Shown here in pieces: positions 18,322 to 28,500 of a DNA stretch of 64,000 nt (positions within the stretch are counted from its first letter, which is position 1; each line of letters opens with the position of its first letter). Origin of the DNA: Bacillota bacterium (lineage in GTDB: Bacteria > Bacillota > Dehalobacteriia > UBA4068). The stretch covers positions 6,100-70,099 of the forward strand of contig JBMNFI010000002.1 of NCBI GenBank assembly GCA_050949225.1, in the 5' to 3' direction. The notes under the pieces are model-generated. The model was not told the DNA's origin, did no database searches, and saw only the letters and a list, made by a program, of their open reading frames with translations. Made by a program: the position numbers and the translations under genes.

Positions 18322-19461
18322 ATGTTCAATTATAAAAACAATCCCGATGAAAATCGTTTTGCTACTCTGGCGAAAAATTTAGTAAGCTATTCCTGTGAAT
18401 TAAAGCCCGGGGATAATGTCCTCTTGGATTTACCTGCCGGAGAGGAGGCCTTTGGGCAAGAATTGATCAAAGCCGTTTATCAGGCAGGAGCGCTGCCTTT
18501 TTTAACTTACAATAACGATGTTTTAACCAAAGAATGGTTAGCGCAAATTAGCGAAAAACAACTGAAACTGGAAGCCCTTTGGCAAGTCAAACGCATGGAA
18601 CAAATGCAGGCATATATTGGCGTAAGGGCCAAAGAAAACATCTATGAGCTTGCCTCTGTTCCGGATGAAAAAAAACGCTTACACAGTTTATTGCTATCAC
18701 ACCCTGTTCATCATGACATTAGGGTTAAAAAAACCAAGTGGGTCATCTTGCGCTACCCCAATCCCTCAATGGCACAAGAGGCAAAGATGTCCACAGAAAA
18801 TTTCCGTGATTTCTATTTTAACGTTTGTAATCTTGACTATGCCAAAATGTCACGTGCGATGGATCCGCTGGTAGGGCTCATGAATAACACTGACCGGGTA
18901 AAAATCTTGGCACCGGGGACCGATCTGCGCTTTTCTATCAAAGGAATTGCTGCCATTAAATGCGACGGTAAACGCAACATTCCCGACGGAGAAGTTTACA
19001 CAGCTCCCGTCAAAGATTCGGTAGAGGGTTTTATCACTTATAACGCTCCCTCTCCGCATGAAGGTCAAGTATACACTAATATTAACTTAGAATTTTCCAA
19101 AGGACAGATCGTAAATGCTGATGCCGGGAACTTAACGGAGTCTTTGCATAAAATCTTAGACACCGATAAAGGCGCGCGTTATATTGGTGAATTTGCCATC
19201 GGCTTAAACCCTTATATTATGCATCCTGCTAATGATATTCTTTTTGATGAAAAGATCCACGGCAGTTTCCATTTCACACCCGGGGCCAGCTATGAGGATG
19301 CTTTTAATGGTAATGAAAGCGCCATACATTGGGATTTGGTGAAAATTTTACGCTCTGATTATGGTGGGGGCGAAATCTACTTTGATGAGCAGCTGATTCA
19401 AAAGGATGGTCAATTCTGTCTACCTGAGCTGGCAGGGTTGAATCCGAAAAACTTATTATAA
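18322..19461 (+). CDS. Aminopeptidase, M29 family (AmpS / aminopeptidase T-like)
   Basis: 379 aa. The N-terminal LAKNLVSYSCELKPGDNVLLD and the C-terminal IGEFAIGLNP...HFTPG pattern are typical of thermophilic-metalloprotease M29 enzymes. AAAAAGGAG RBS. Confidence 0.75.
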   Translation: MFNYKNNPDENRFATLAKNLVSYSCELKPGDNVLLDLPAGEEAFGQELIKAVYQAGALPFLTYNNDVLTKEWLAQISEKQLKLEALWQVKRMEQMQAYIGVRAKENIYELASVPDEKKRLHSLLLSHPVHHDIRVKKTKWVILRYPNPSMAQEAKMSTENFRDFYFNVCNLDYAKMSRAMDPLVGLMNNTDRVKILAPGTDLRFSIKGIAAIKCDGKRNIPDGEVYTAPVKDSVEGFITYNAPSPHEGQVYTNINLEFSKGQIVNADAGNLTESLHKILDTDKGARYIGEFAIGLNPYIMHPANDILFDEKIHGSFHFTPGASYEDAFNGNESAIHWDLVKILRSDYGGGEIYFDEQLIQKDGQFCLPELAGLNPKNLL

Positions 19462-19528
19462 AACTATATAGCTACTACTATTAAAATCATTATTATTAAA
19501 TTTACTATTATCAAAGCCACAATTATTT

Positions 19529-19570
19529 AAAAGGCCGCTTCCGATTAACATAAGGAAGCGGCCTTTTAAA
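19529..19570. terminator. Bidirectional intrinsic terminator (aminopeptidase / rpmE convergent pair)
   Basis: AAAAGGCCGCTTCC...GGAAGCGGCCTTTT: a 14-nt GC-rich arm with an A-run before and a T-run after. Confidence 0.85.
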
Positions 19571-19578
19571 AACAACAA

Positions 19579-19601
19579 GCGAGGACATTTTATGTTCTCG
19601 C
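19579..19601 (-). terminator. Second hairpin just downstream of the rpmE stop
   Basis: GCGAGGACA-ttttа-like loop-TGTTCTCGC (9 bp including one G-U). On the minus strand it is followed by TTGTTGTTTTT. Confidence 0.4.
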
Positions 19602-19618
19602 TTATTAGATCACAATCA

Positions 19619-19819
19619 TTACAAATTATATTTTTTCTTAAATTTGTCCACTCTGCCGCCTTCTTCGACCAGCAGGCGTTTAGAACCGGTATAGTAAGGG
19701 TGACATTGAGAGCAAACCTCTACTTTTATTTCCTCTTTTGTGGAACCGCTTTTAAAACGATTGCCACAGGAGCAAATAACATCAACCTCCTGATATTTCG
19801 GATGGATATCTTTTTTCAT
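19619..19819 (-). CDS. rpmE: 50S ribosomal protein L31 (Zn-ribbon type)
   Basis: [45 protein letters not shown]... is the canonical L31 sequence with a CxC...CxxC motif. Start trimmed to the ATG at 19819 (GAGGTG upstream). Confidence 0.95.
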   Translation of the reverse strand: MKKDIHPKYQEVDVICSCGNRFKSGSTKEEIKVEVCSQCHPYYTGSKRLLVEEGGRVDKFKKKYNL

Positions 19820-19912
19820 CGTGGTCACCTCATTCCCCTAGAAAGCTTTGGCGAAAATATTCGCCGACCTAATGAATTATAGCACACAAAGTCAAGTATG
19901 TAAAGCATAAGT

Positions 19913-21172
19913 TTAGGTATTTGACGAAAAGGGACGTGAATAGTTGCCAATATGCACCTTTGGCAGCCCCTTAGCAAAATAATCTAACATTTGTAAAATG
20001 CCCAAACCCGGTAATTCATCACAAAACTGCTCACTCATAATCCGTGGATCGAGATTAAGATTACGTAATTGAATTTGCTTTATTCCATAAGAATTTACCA
20101 AATCAACCAAAGCTTCTAAACGGTGGCGGCGGTCCGTAAAACCGGGATAAACTAACAGATTTAATGATACATTAACGTGATATTGCCGTGCAATTTCTAA
20201 CGATTTTTTGACATCCGATAAATCGTATTGTGGGCGATGGTAACGGAGATACTCCTCCTCAAGCGGTGAAAACAATGAAACTCGCAGGCTGTCCACTCCT
20301 GCTTGACAGACCTTAGTGATAGCCCGGGGATCTCCTGCATTAGTATTGATGTTGATCAAGCCCTGATCAGTTTGTTCACGGATTTTTCGAATGGAGTCGG
20401 CAATCAGCTGAGCCTGCTGTGTGGGCTCGCCCTCACAACCTTGTCCAAAACTAATAATAGCCTGTTTATTCTGCAAATGGGGCACGGCCACTTCAACGAT
20501 TTCCCGGACCATCGGCACAAAATCCAAACGGTTTTGCGGCGAAGGACAGCATTCACTGGGCTGAAGAGAAATGCAGCCCAGACAGTCCGCATTACAAAAC
20601 GGAGAGACCGGAATACCGCCTTCCAAACGCCGATAGAAAATATTTTGCGCCGTAAAACAACCGTATTTTTCCGCACAAAAAGCTAATTGTTTAAGTATCC
20701 TGTTTTCCGGAAATTGCTTAAGCTTTTGCTGCAGTCGCTCGGCTAAATCCGGGGTATTATATTTTTGGGGATGCCAGGCCTCATGTTCATCTGTTGCAAC
20801 AGCCGCCACCATCAGACGGTTTTTTTTCATCCCCACAGCAGTATAGCCTAAAAGGGGCAGTGGCTGCTCCGCTAAGGAAGCCGCCGGTAGCAAGGTGCGT
20901 GTAAATCCTTGCGGTAAAAGTGCCGCCATGGCCCAGATCGGCTGTTTATCCTTTAAATATGGATTAGATTCCAATGCTTCAAACTGTCCTGTTTGACAAT
21001 TAAAACCCCATGGTTTAGCTAGCGGCATCATGATTAAGGTAGCACCTTCAGGTAAAGGAATCAATTCCTTTCTGCCGGCTCGCAGCATCATATTCCCACT
21101 CATGGCAGCCATTTCAAGACCGGGAAAATCAAACCATTGTCCATCCTTTTGAGCAAAAATCATTTTAGCCAT
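19913..21172 (-). CDS. Radical SAM protein with an uncharacterised ~170-aa N-terminal domain
   Basis: 419 aa with a CNADCLGC (CX3CX2C) cluster at ~residue 193 and a GQGCEGEP glycine-rich SAM-binding-like motif. AAGGAGGA RBS. Confidence 0.7.
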   Translation of the reverse strand: MAKMIFAQKDGQWFDFPGLEMAAMSGNMMLRAGRKELIPLPEGATLIMMPLAKPWGFNCQTGQFEALESNPYLKDKQPIWAMAALLPQGFTRTLLPAASLAEQPLPLLGYTAVGMKKNRLMVAAVATDEHEAWHPQKYNTPDLAERLQQKLKQFPENRILKQLAFCAEKYGCFTAQNIFYRRLEGGIPVSPFCNADCLGCISLQPSECCPSPQNRLDFVPMVREIVEVAVPHLQNKQAIISFGQGCEGEPTQQAQLIADSIRKIREQTDQGLININTNAGDPRAITKVCQAGVDSLRVSLFSPLEEEYLRYHRPQYDLSDVKKSLEIARQYHVNVSLNLLVYPGFTDRRHRLEALVDLVNSYGIKQIQLRNLNLDPRIMSEQFCDELPGLGILQMLDYFAKGLPKVHIGNYSRPFSSNT

Positions 21173-21319
21173 GACATCCTCCTTAAAAAATCCTTTGACT
21201 TTAATAATTAAAGACAGATGCGGTATTTTCCTTTTTTGCCTTTATAAAATCTGCTTTGGGTATAATTTACACTTAAAAAGGGTACTTTATCCTTAGTATT
21301 TATTTTGGAAAGGATTTTG

Positions 21320-22174
21320 ATGATGAAAAAAATATTGCTGCCCACTCTGATTATTACTCTAATGGCAATTCTGCCTTTGACCACTCAAGCTGCCGAAGGC
21401 TGTACAATCAACGGTAAAACCATCCATACACTAAATGAAGCACACCGCATAACTCATGTGGCACAACTTTATAATTTAGATGCCGAATTGATAGCTGCCA
21501 TGAATAATATGGATCCTCATGAGGTTATGCCGGCAGGCACTAAGATAGCCATACCCCAGGAACCTCCGCAAAAGGTTGCCGTTAAAAAAGGCGACACCTT
21601 ATATAGTATCGCTAAAAAAAATAATATTACCGTCAAAAAACTAATGCATAATAATAGTATTAAGGATCCTCAATCTGTAAAATCAGGGCAAGAACTGGTG
21701 CTGCCTTTTGCAGCTTTAAAAAATGAAGAGGATGCTGTGGCCCAACAGGGGTACAATGAGACCTTTAACACGGCCTCGCGCGGTACAGACAAAGGGTTAG
21801 CGGCGCCGGATTTTATTTGGCCATTACAAGGCAAGATAAGCTCCAAGTTTGGTGCTCGCAGGAGCGGCTTCCACCATGGCTTGGATATAGCAAATTCTCT
21901 TGGTACAGAAATTATGGCTATCAGCGGCGGGCAAGTTATCAAAGCCGGCTGGCTGTCGGGAATTTATGGCTATGGTGTAAAAATTGATCATGGCAATGGC
22001 TATTCCAGCTTGTATGCTCATGCGCAGGAGCTTTTTGTTTCTGAGGGCGATCAAGTGGAACAAGGAGAGGTGATCGCCGGCGTGGGAAATACCGGACGCA
22101 GCACCGGACCTCATTTGCATCTGGAAATTCGTGTCAATGATATAGCTAAAGATCCCCTTAGCTTTCTGCCTTAA
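21320..22174 (+). CDS. Secreted LysM-domain M23 (LytM-type) peptidoglycan endopeptidase
   Basis: Signal peptide, two LysM repeats (second: VKKGDTLYSIAKKNNITVKKLMHNNSI), and the M23 motifs HHGLD and GPHLHLEIR. Start trimmed to the ATG at 21320. Confidence 0.85.
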   Translation: MMKKILLPTLIITLMAILPLTTQAAEGCTINGKTIHTLNEAHRITHVAQLYNLDAELIAAMNNMDPHEVMPAGTKIAIPQEPPQKVAVKKGDTLYSIAKKNNITVKKLMHNNSIKDPQSVKSGQELVLPFAALKNEEDAVAQQGYNETFNTASRGTDKGLAAPDFIWPLQGKISSKFGARRSGFHHGLDIANSLGTEIMAISGGQVIKAGWLSGIYGYGVKIDHGNGYSSLYAHAQELFVSEGDQVEQGEVIAGVGNTGRSTGPHLHLEIRVNDIAKDPLSFLP

Positions 22175-22524
22175 AATTTCTTAAAAAACTCCATTCGGGT
22201 TTGGATAACGTGATCCCGCAATATTATAAAAAAGAAAGAGCGCCTGCGCTTTTTCTTTTTTCATCTCTGGCAGCCTTAATAAAAATTAACTGTTCCATAA
22301 ACAAAATACTTATCGGGGTTTTACTCTGTCATAAAAATAAAAGTATTTAGGAGTGGGTACAATAGAAATAAAATAAACAAAAATTATAGCATCTCCCCCT
22401 CTGGGGTTCTTTTTTGCAAGCAGGAAAAAACAGGTAGGAGCACGAAATAAGTACTTTTATGACCGAAAAATATTTTAAATATGTTTGCGCGTATTTTTGT
22501 TTTTAATTTAAAAGGAGGAATAAC

Positions 22525-23637
22525 ATGCGCTGGCGTTTGCTTGATGAAACAAAGGATAAACAGAATCGCAGGATTTTTGACCATTTTATGGAGACTCATC
22601 CCAAAGGACATATTTTACAAACCTGGGAATGGGGAGAAGTTAAAAAAGGAGCATGGACTCCTTTATACCTGGTGATTGAGGATGACCAAAAAGAGATTAT
22701 TGCCGCCTGTTTGCTTTTAAAAAGAAGATTACCTTTAAAATTAGGCACTTTTTTCTACGCTCCTCGCGGACCTGTGCTTGATATTGAGAACAAAGAATGT
22801 TGGGATTTCCTCTGGCAATCCATTAAAGAATTGGCTCGGAAACATGATGCTGTTTTCTGTAAAATCGATCCTGATGTGCCCGCACTTGATGAAACCTGGG
22901 CTCTCAGACTTAAAGAAAGTGGCTTTGTCTCTGCGGAAAAAGGGGAAGGGTTTGAGGGTGTACAGCCACGCCATGTCTTTCGTCTTGATATTTCACCGGA
23001 TGAAGAGACCCTTTTAGCCAACATGCATCAAAAAACCCGCTATAATATCCGCTTGGCTGCCAGAAAAGGAGTGACGGTGGAAAAATCTGATCGAGCAGGG
23101 ATGAAAATATTTTATCCCCTCCTGCAAGAAACTGCTCAAAGAGATAACTTTTTAATTCGCTCGGAGAATTATTTCACTTCTTTTTATGATTGTCTGGCAC
23201 CGCACGGTCTGGCTGAATTGTTTTTAGTCCATTATGAAGATAAAGCTATTTCTGGAGCCTTGCTTTTTAAATTAGGGGATAAGTCCTGGTATATATATGG
23301 AGCATCCGCCAATAAATACCGTAACGTGATGCCCAATTACCTCATGCAATGGGAGATGATCTGCTGGTCTAAAAAACAGGGTTGCAGCTTATATGATTTT
23401 CGTGGTGTACCAGGAGATGTGCCTTCTGATCATCCGCTTTATGGCCTGGTCAAGTTCAAAAAGGGTTTTGGCGGTGAATATGTGAGCTTTATCGGCGAAT
23501 ATGATTTAGTCTTTAAACCATCAGCCTACAAATTTTACAATTTCGCCGAACCAATATATCAAAAAAACATTAGACGGTGGATTCGTTTTAAAAAAAGACT
23601 CAAAGGTGAAAATAAACAAATCAATACTACTGATTAA
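22525..23637 (+). CDS. FemAB-family peptidoglycan interpeptide-bridge aminoacyltransferase (FemX/MurM-like)
   Basis: 370 aa. The N-terminal HILQTWEWGEVKK and the C-terminal YDFRGV...GLVKFKKGFGG are typical of the FemAB family. AAAAGGAGGA RBS. Confidence 0.7.
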   Translation: MRWRLLDETKDKQNRRIFDHFMETHPKGHILQTWEWGEVKKGAWTPLYLVIEDDQKEIIAACLLLKRRLPLKLGTFFYAPRGPVLDIENKECWDFLWQSIKELARKHDAVFCKIDPDVPALDETWALRLKESGFVSAEKGEGFEGVQPRHVFRLDISPDEETLLANMHQKTRYNIRLAARKGVTVEKSDRAGMKIFYPLLQETAQRDNFLIRSENYFTSFYDCLAPHGLAELFLVHYEDKAISGALLFKLGDKSWYIYGASANKYRNVMPNYLMQWEMICWSKKQGCSLYDFRGVPGDVPSDHPLYGLVKFKKGFGGEYVSFIGEYDLVFKPSAYKFYNFAEPIYQKNIRRWIRFKKRLKGENKQINTTD

Positions 23638-23674
23638 AACACTTTTTAAACAGTAAAAATCAAGGAGAAAAATT

Positions 23675-24826
23675 ATGCCAACTGCACCAACCCCGGAACG
23701 GTGGATTGAAATTAATCTTGATGCAATTGTTGACAATGCTCGCCATATACGCCAACATCTAAACTCAGAGACCAAGCTTTTGGCGGTGGTCAAGGCCAAT
23801 GCCTATGGCATGGGAGCCGTTTCTGTGGCCAAAGCTTTAGCCCCTGAAGTGGACATGCTGGCTGTCAGTACTAGTGAAGAGGGGATTGAATTACGCAACA
23901 ACGGCATTAAAACACCTGTTTTAGTCTTTATCCCACCTACGGCTCATACAATAGAAAAGCTCATTAAGCACGATTTAACGATTAGCATTGATAGCCAAGA
24001 AACCTTAGATCTTTTGTCAACCTTTGGGGCCAATAATCATCCCTGCCATCTTAAAATTAATAGTGGCATGAATAGGCTGGGCTGCTCTTTAGACAAGGCC
24101 GCTGTTTTGGCTTATAGCATTCATAACAGTCCGGCCGCTAAATTAGATGGTGTATATTCTCATCTTGCCAGTGCTGCGGACACTTTAGCTGCCACAAAAC
24201 AGATAAACATCTTTCAGCAGGCTTTAGATAATATTACCGCTTTAGAAGTTGATTACGGTTTAGCTCATCTGGCAAACTCCACCGCCATCTTAAAGCTGGG
24301 CTGTCAGTTTGACATGGTGAGAGCCGGTACTATTTTATACGGTCAAAGCCCCATTAAACTGCCTCATGATTGGGAGCTAAAAAATCCATGGAAGGTTTTT
24401 TGTCGGATTGTTGCCGTGCGTGATGTAAAAAAAGGTGAGGCCATCGGCTATGGCGGGGATTTTTTAGCCAAAAAAGATTTGCGCATCGGGATTATCCCCT
24501 TAGGATATGCCGATGGCTTTGCGTTAGAGCCACATACCAGAAATGGCAGCATCGGTGCAGTTTTCCGTAAAGGAATACGGGATACGGCTCGTATTATCGC
24601 CAAAAGACCTCTTTATTACGCTTTTTACCGGGAACAGCAGAAAATTAAAAAAATTCCTATTGTCGGACGTATCGGCATGCAATTAACGGCGGTAGATCTT
24701 AGCCATTGTTCATTAAATAAAGGTGATATTTTGCAAATTTCTTTACGTCGTACCAGTGCTAACAGCCGGCTATGCAGGTTGTTTTTACAGGATGGACAGA
24801 TAGTTGAACAGCAAAGCATTACTTAA
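23675..24826 (+). CDS. alr: Alanine racemase
   Basis: 383 aa. INLDAIVDNARHIR...LLAVVKANAYGMGA contains the PLP-lysine motif. The C-terminal beta domain contains YGG. Confidence 0.88.
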   Translation: MPTAPTPERWIEINLDAIVDNARHIRQHLNSETKLLAVVKANAYGMGAVSVAKALAPEVDMLAVSTSEEGIELRNNGIKTPVLVFIPPTAHTIEKLIKHDLTISIDSQETLDLLSTFGANNHPCHLKINSGMNRLGCSLDKAAVLAYSIHNSPAAKLDGVYSHLASAADTLAATKQINIFQQALDNITALEVDYGLAHLANSTAILKLGCQFDMVRAGTILYGQSPIKLPHDWELKNPWKVFCRIVAVRDVKKGEAIGYGGDFLAKKDLRIGIIPLGYADGFALEPHTRNGSIGAVFRKGIRDTARIIAKRPLYYAFYREQQKIKKIPIVGRIGMQLTAVDLSHCSLNKGDILQISLRRTSANSRLCRLFLQDGQIVEQQSIT

Positions 24827-24913
24827 TAAATTATTTCTCTTTGATGTTTAAAGCAGGTTATTATCATCTGGACAGCGAACTGTTTTATTATGAAAACCGC
24901 ATTTTAGGAGGCG

Positions 24914-25594
24914 ATGTGGATGAGAATAACTAAAGAGCTTTTCCTGTCCGCCGGTTGTCCCTTTTGTCAAGAGATTCTGCTTTTACGCTCCATTTCACCT
25001 TTTATGCTGCATCGTCGGCAAAAAAAAGAGATTAGCTGCACTTGCGGCTCTTTACGCTTTTTTATTCATACTGGTGAAAAAAATCTTTATGTAGATTATT
25101 TTTGCCCGATTTGCTTAGATAATCACTCTTATATTTTTAGTCTTAGTGAATTAAAAAACCAGCAGCTTGTTGTCATTCACTGCCAGGAAACGGGCCTCAA
25201 CCTGGCCTCTTTAGGGGAAAGAAAAAAAGTGGTAGAACTGCTTAAAAAGGATGGACAAATTATTCTGTACTATCAAGATACTCTGCAGGATCTTTTGTCC
25301 CATTCGGCACAGATGTCCGAAATTTTGCAGCATTTTTTGCAGCTCTTGGCACAAGATCAAGTCCTCTGCTCCTGTAAATCCCATGACTTTGATCTTCGGC
25401 TGTGCGGAAGTCGTTTGCTGTTACTTTGCAGCCATTGCGGGGCCTCTGTCAGTCTTTCAACCAAAAGTCCTCATGAGTTGCAGCATTTTAAGCAATCTAC
25501 ATATATTTTACTCGACAAAATTTCTTCTGACTTTACCTTTAAAGATGAAGATCAGCTTTTAAATAATCTTTGTTCAAAAAATGAATTTAAATAA
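24914..25594 (+). CDS. Hypothetical Cys-rich protein with several CxxC/CxC pairs (zinc-ribbon-like)
   Basis: 226 aa with CPFC...CTC, CPIC...C, and CSC...CSHC. AGGAGG ends 2 nt before the ATG at 24914, so the ATG at 24920 is an alternative start. Confidence 0.5.
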   Translation: MWMRITKELFLSAGCPFCQEILLLRSISPFMLHRRQKKEISCTCGSLRFFIHTGEKNLYVDYFCPICLDNHSYIFSLSELKNQQLVVIHCQETGLNLASLGERKKVVELLKKDGQIILYYQDTLQDLLSHSAQMSEILQHFLQLLAQDQVLCSCKSHDFDLRLCGSRLLLLCSHCGASVSLSTKSPHELQHFKQSTYILLDKISSDFTFKDEDQLLNNLCSKNEFK

Positions 25595-25608
25595 AAGGAG
25601 GATTTATC

Positions 25609-26463
25609 ATGCCGCTCGTTCCGATGAGACAACTTTTAGACAAAGCCGAAAAGGGTAATTATGCTGTAGGTGCCTTTAATTGCAACAACATGGAGATTGT
25701 ACAAGCAATTATTACAGCAGCCAGCGAAGAAAATTCACCTGTAATAGTACAAGCAAGCCAAGGTGCCATTAAATATGCGGGTATTGAATATATCGTTGCG
25801 CTTACTAAAATCGCCGCTGATTCCACTCATATACCGGTGGCCTTACACTTAGATCACGGCACTGATTTTAAACAGATCATGCAATGCATTGCACATGGAT
25901 TCACTTCCGTGATGATTGATGGATCTAAGCACCACCTAGAGGACAACATTGCGATCACCAACAAAGTTTCCGAAGTAGCGCGCGCCTGTGGTTTAAGTGT
26001 AGAGGCAGAGCTGGGGAAAATTGGCGGTACGGAAGATGACATCGTGGTAGCAGATAAAGATGCCATTTATACAGATCCGCAAGAGGCCAAATACTTTGTA
26101 GAACATACTGATATTGACGCTTTAGCCATCGCTATTGGCACGGCTCATGGACAATACAAAGGAGAACCTAAGCTGGATTTAGATCGCTTAGTTAAAATTC
26201 GCTCTTTGATTGATGTACCGATAGTTTTACATGGCTCTTCCGGTGTTCCTGATGAAACTCTTAAAGAAGCCATTAAGCGCGGTGTCAGCAAAATTAATAT
26301 TGATACCAATATCCGTGAAGCCTTTATGAAGGGACTTAAAACCGCCCTAGAGGAAGACCCCACTCAAATTGATCCACGCAAGGTATTGGGTCCGGCACGC
26401 TCGGCCATGACTGCAATTGTCAAAGAAAAAGTCAGAATTTTTGGCAGCAATGATCAAGCGTAA
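25609..26463 (+). CDS. fba: Fructose-bisphosphate aldolase, class II
   Basis: 284 aa. GNYAVGAFNCNNMEIVQAII...VALHLDHG...LHGSSG is typical of class II FBA. Confidence 0.9.
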   Translation: MPLVPMRQLLDKAEKGNYAVGAFNCNNMEIVQAIITAASEENSPVIVQASQGAIKYAGIEYIVALTKIAADSTHIPVALHLDHGTDFKQIMQCIAHGFTSVMIDGSKHHLEDNIAITNKVSEVARACGLSVEAELGKIGGTEDDIVVADKDAIYTDPQEAKYFVEHTDIDALAIAIGTAHGQYKGEPKLDLDRLVKIRSLIDVPIVLHGSSGVPDETLKEAIKRGVSKINIDTNIREAFMKGLKTALEEDPTQIDPRKVLGPARSAMTAIVKEKVRIFGSNDQA

Positions 26464-26515
26464 ATCATAACAAAAATTCTTTATGCAAAAATGTTAAAAC
26501 TTTGATCTCTATTTT

Positions 26516-26556
26516 AAAAAGCTCCTCTGCATAAAATTGCAAAGGAGCTTTTTTTT
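26516..26556. terminator. Bidirectional terminator between fba (+) and argS (-)
   Basis: AAAAAGCTCCTCTGC-ataaaatt-GCAAAGGAGCTTTTTTTT. Confidence 0.75.
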
Positions 26557-26587
26557 GATTTAGTTTATACTCGTTTATTACTGGTTT

Positions 26588-28324
26588 TTACATCTTTTCA
26601 GGTGCTGAAACACCCATGGTTTTTAAGGCTGTTTTAATAGTAGTAGCGACACCTTTGGCCAACCATAAGCGACTCATCGATAAATCTTCATCTGCACTTA
26701 ATACTTGGCAATGGCTATAAAAATTATGAAATAATCCCGCCAAATCCTGAGCATAAGCCGCTATTCGATGTGGTTCACGATTTTTAGCGGCTAAAATTAC
26801 TTCATCCGGAAAGTCCGCTAATTTACGGATCAAAGCCTGCTCACTGGGGTGGGTCAAAAGCTGCCATTGGACCTGTTCAAGAGGAGGCAGCTCCTGCCTT
26901 TCCCGTAGAGCACCCTCAAGCAGCGAACAAATACGAGCATGCGCATATTGAACATAATAAACAGGATTATCGGCAGATTTCTTTTTCGCCAAATCCAGAT
27001 CAAAATCAATGGCACTATCAGCAGAGCGCATCACAAAAAAGAAACGGGCGGCATCTTTACCCACTTCACCCAGCAGTTCAGCCAGTGTCACATAGGTGCC
27101 TGTGCGTTTAGACATTTTTATGATCTCACCATTTTGATACAAGCGCACCAATTGCATTAAGATAACTTCCAAGCGCTTCGGTTCATAACCTAAAGCACTC
27201 ATAGCCTCTTTCATGCGGGCCACATGACCATGATGATCTGCTCCCCAGATATTAATAGCTCGATCGAAGCCGCGGACAAATTTATCATTATGATAAGCAA
27301 TATCTGCAGCAAAATAAGTAGGAACACCGTTAGAGCGTACCAAAACCTCATCCTTTTCCTCACCGAAACGCCGACAATCGAACCAAATCGCCTGCTCTTT
27401 TTCATACAAATAACCGCCGGCCTGCAATTTTTCAATCACAGCAGTAACAGCGCCGCTTTCATGCAAAGATTGTTCACTAAACCATACATCATAAAAGACC
27501 CCAAAATCCTCCAGGGTTTTTTTTATCGAAGCAATTTTTTTCTCCAAGACATATTTAGTCAAAATTTCACGGCGCTCAAGAAGCGGCAACTGTAGATATT
27601 TATCACCTTCTGCTTCGACCAGTTGAGCAATAGTATCAGAAATATCCTGACCGTGATAACCATCCTCCGGAAAATCCTGATCCTCTCCCAAGGCTTGTAA
27701 ATAACGAGCATCTACAGATAAGGCCAGTTTTTCGATTTGATTACCCGCATCATTAATATAAAATTCCCTTTGCACCTCAAAACCACACATCTCGAGCAAA
27801 GAAGCTAAAGTATCACCGATAGCGGCCCCTCGGGCATTTCCCATATGAGGTTCACCGGTAGGGTTGGCACTGACAAACTCTACTTGCACTTTTTCACCCT
27901 GACCAAACCCACTACTGCCAAAATTTTCACCTTCAGATAAAATTTCCGACAAGCAAACCTGCAGCCAATCGGCGGCCAAGTAAAAATTTATAAAACCGGG
28001 GCCGGCAATCCCTACTTTTGCTACTAAATCATTGATAGGCAAATGTGAAACAATAATGGCGGCAATTTCCCGAGGGGGTTTTTTGCAAAGTCTGCTCATC
28101 AACATGGCGGCATTAGTAGAAAAATCACCATGACTAAGCTCGCGCGGAACTTCTATCATGAAGGGTGGGATGGTTTCAAATTGCAAAGAGGCATCTGCTT
28201 TAGCAGATTGGAGAGCCTCCTGAATCATTTTATCAAGTGCTTGGACTCGTTTATTGATAACCGTTTGTGCTTGCAAAAAAATCTTCCTCTCTGTTAAAAA
28301 TCCTTTAAAAGACCTAGCTATCAT
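26588..28324 (-). CDS. argS: Arginine--tRNA ligase
   Basis: 578 aa. ANPTGEPHMGNARGAAIGD is HIGH-like, MSKRTG is KMSK-like, and the C-terminal anticodon-binding domain ends in M. AAGGAGA RBS before the ATG at 28324. Confidence 0.92.
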   Translation of the reverse strand: MIARSFKGFLTERKIFLQAQTVINKRVQALDKMIQEALQSAKADASLQFETIPPFMIEVPRELSHGDFSTNAAMLMSRLCKKPPREIAAIIVSHLPINDLVAKVGIAGPGFINFYLAADWLQVCLSEILSEGENFGSSGFGQGEKVQVEFVSANPTGEPHMGNARGAAIGDTLASLLEMCGFEVQREFYINDAGNQIEKLALSVDARYLQALGEDQDFPEDGYHGQDISDTIAQLVEAEGDKYLQLPLLERREILTKYVLEKKIASIKKTLEDFGVFYDVWFSEQSLHESGAVTAVIEKLQAGGYLYEKEQAIWFDCRRFGEEKDEVLVRSNGVPTYFAADIAYHNDKFVRGFDRAINIWGADHHGHVARMKEAMSALGYEPKRLEVILMQLVRLYQNGEIIKMSKRTGTYVTLAELLGEVGKDAARFFFVMRSADSAIDFDLDLAKKKSADNPVYYVQYAHARICSLLEGALRERQELPPLEQVQWQLLTHPSEQALIRKLADFPDEVILAAKNREPHRIAAYAQDLAGLFHNFYSHCQVLSADEDLSMSRLWLAKGVATTIKTALKTMGVSAPEKM

Positions 28325-28500
28325 TTATTCTCCTTAAACAAGGTGTTTTCCTGCTCCTTATTAATCTTTATTCCACCGCTTTTTTCAGCTCACAAAATAA
28401 AAAATTTTTACTGATAAAGAACCAAATCCCCTTTAACCCCATATCATGTATTATAAAAGCCTGCCACTAGGTAAGCACCCAAAAAGGAGGCAAAATATAT

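Noticed and set aside
20303-20686. A 127-aa plus-strand ORF and a 90-aa minus-strand out-of-frame ORF inside the radical SAM gene.
   Set aside because: They are antisense to or out of frame with a CDS that has clear radical-SAM motifs and a strong RBS.
22384-22675. ORFs of 75 aa (minus strand) and 64 aa (plus strand) in or near the femAB upstream spacer.
   Set aside because: They overlap the femAB promoter/RBS region, and neither has an SD or a recognisable sequence.
28325-28500. A possible T-box leader upstream of argS.
   Set aside because: The spacer is only ~175 nt and is shared with a divergent promoter. I could not find the T-box sequence (AGGGUGGNACCGCG-like) or a specifier/terminator architecture.
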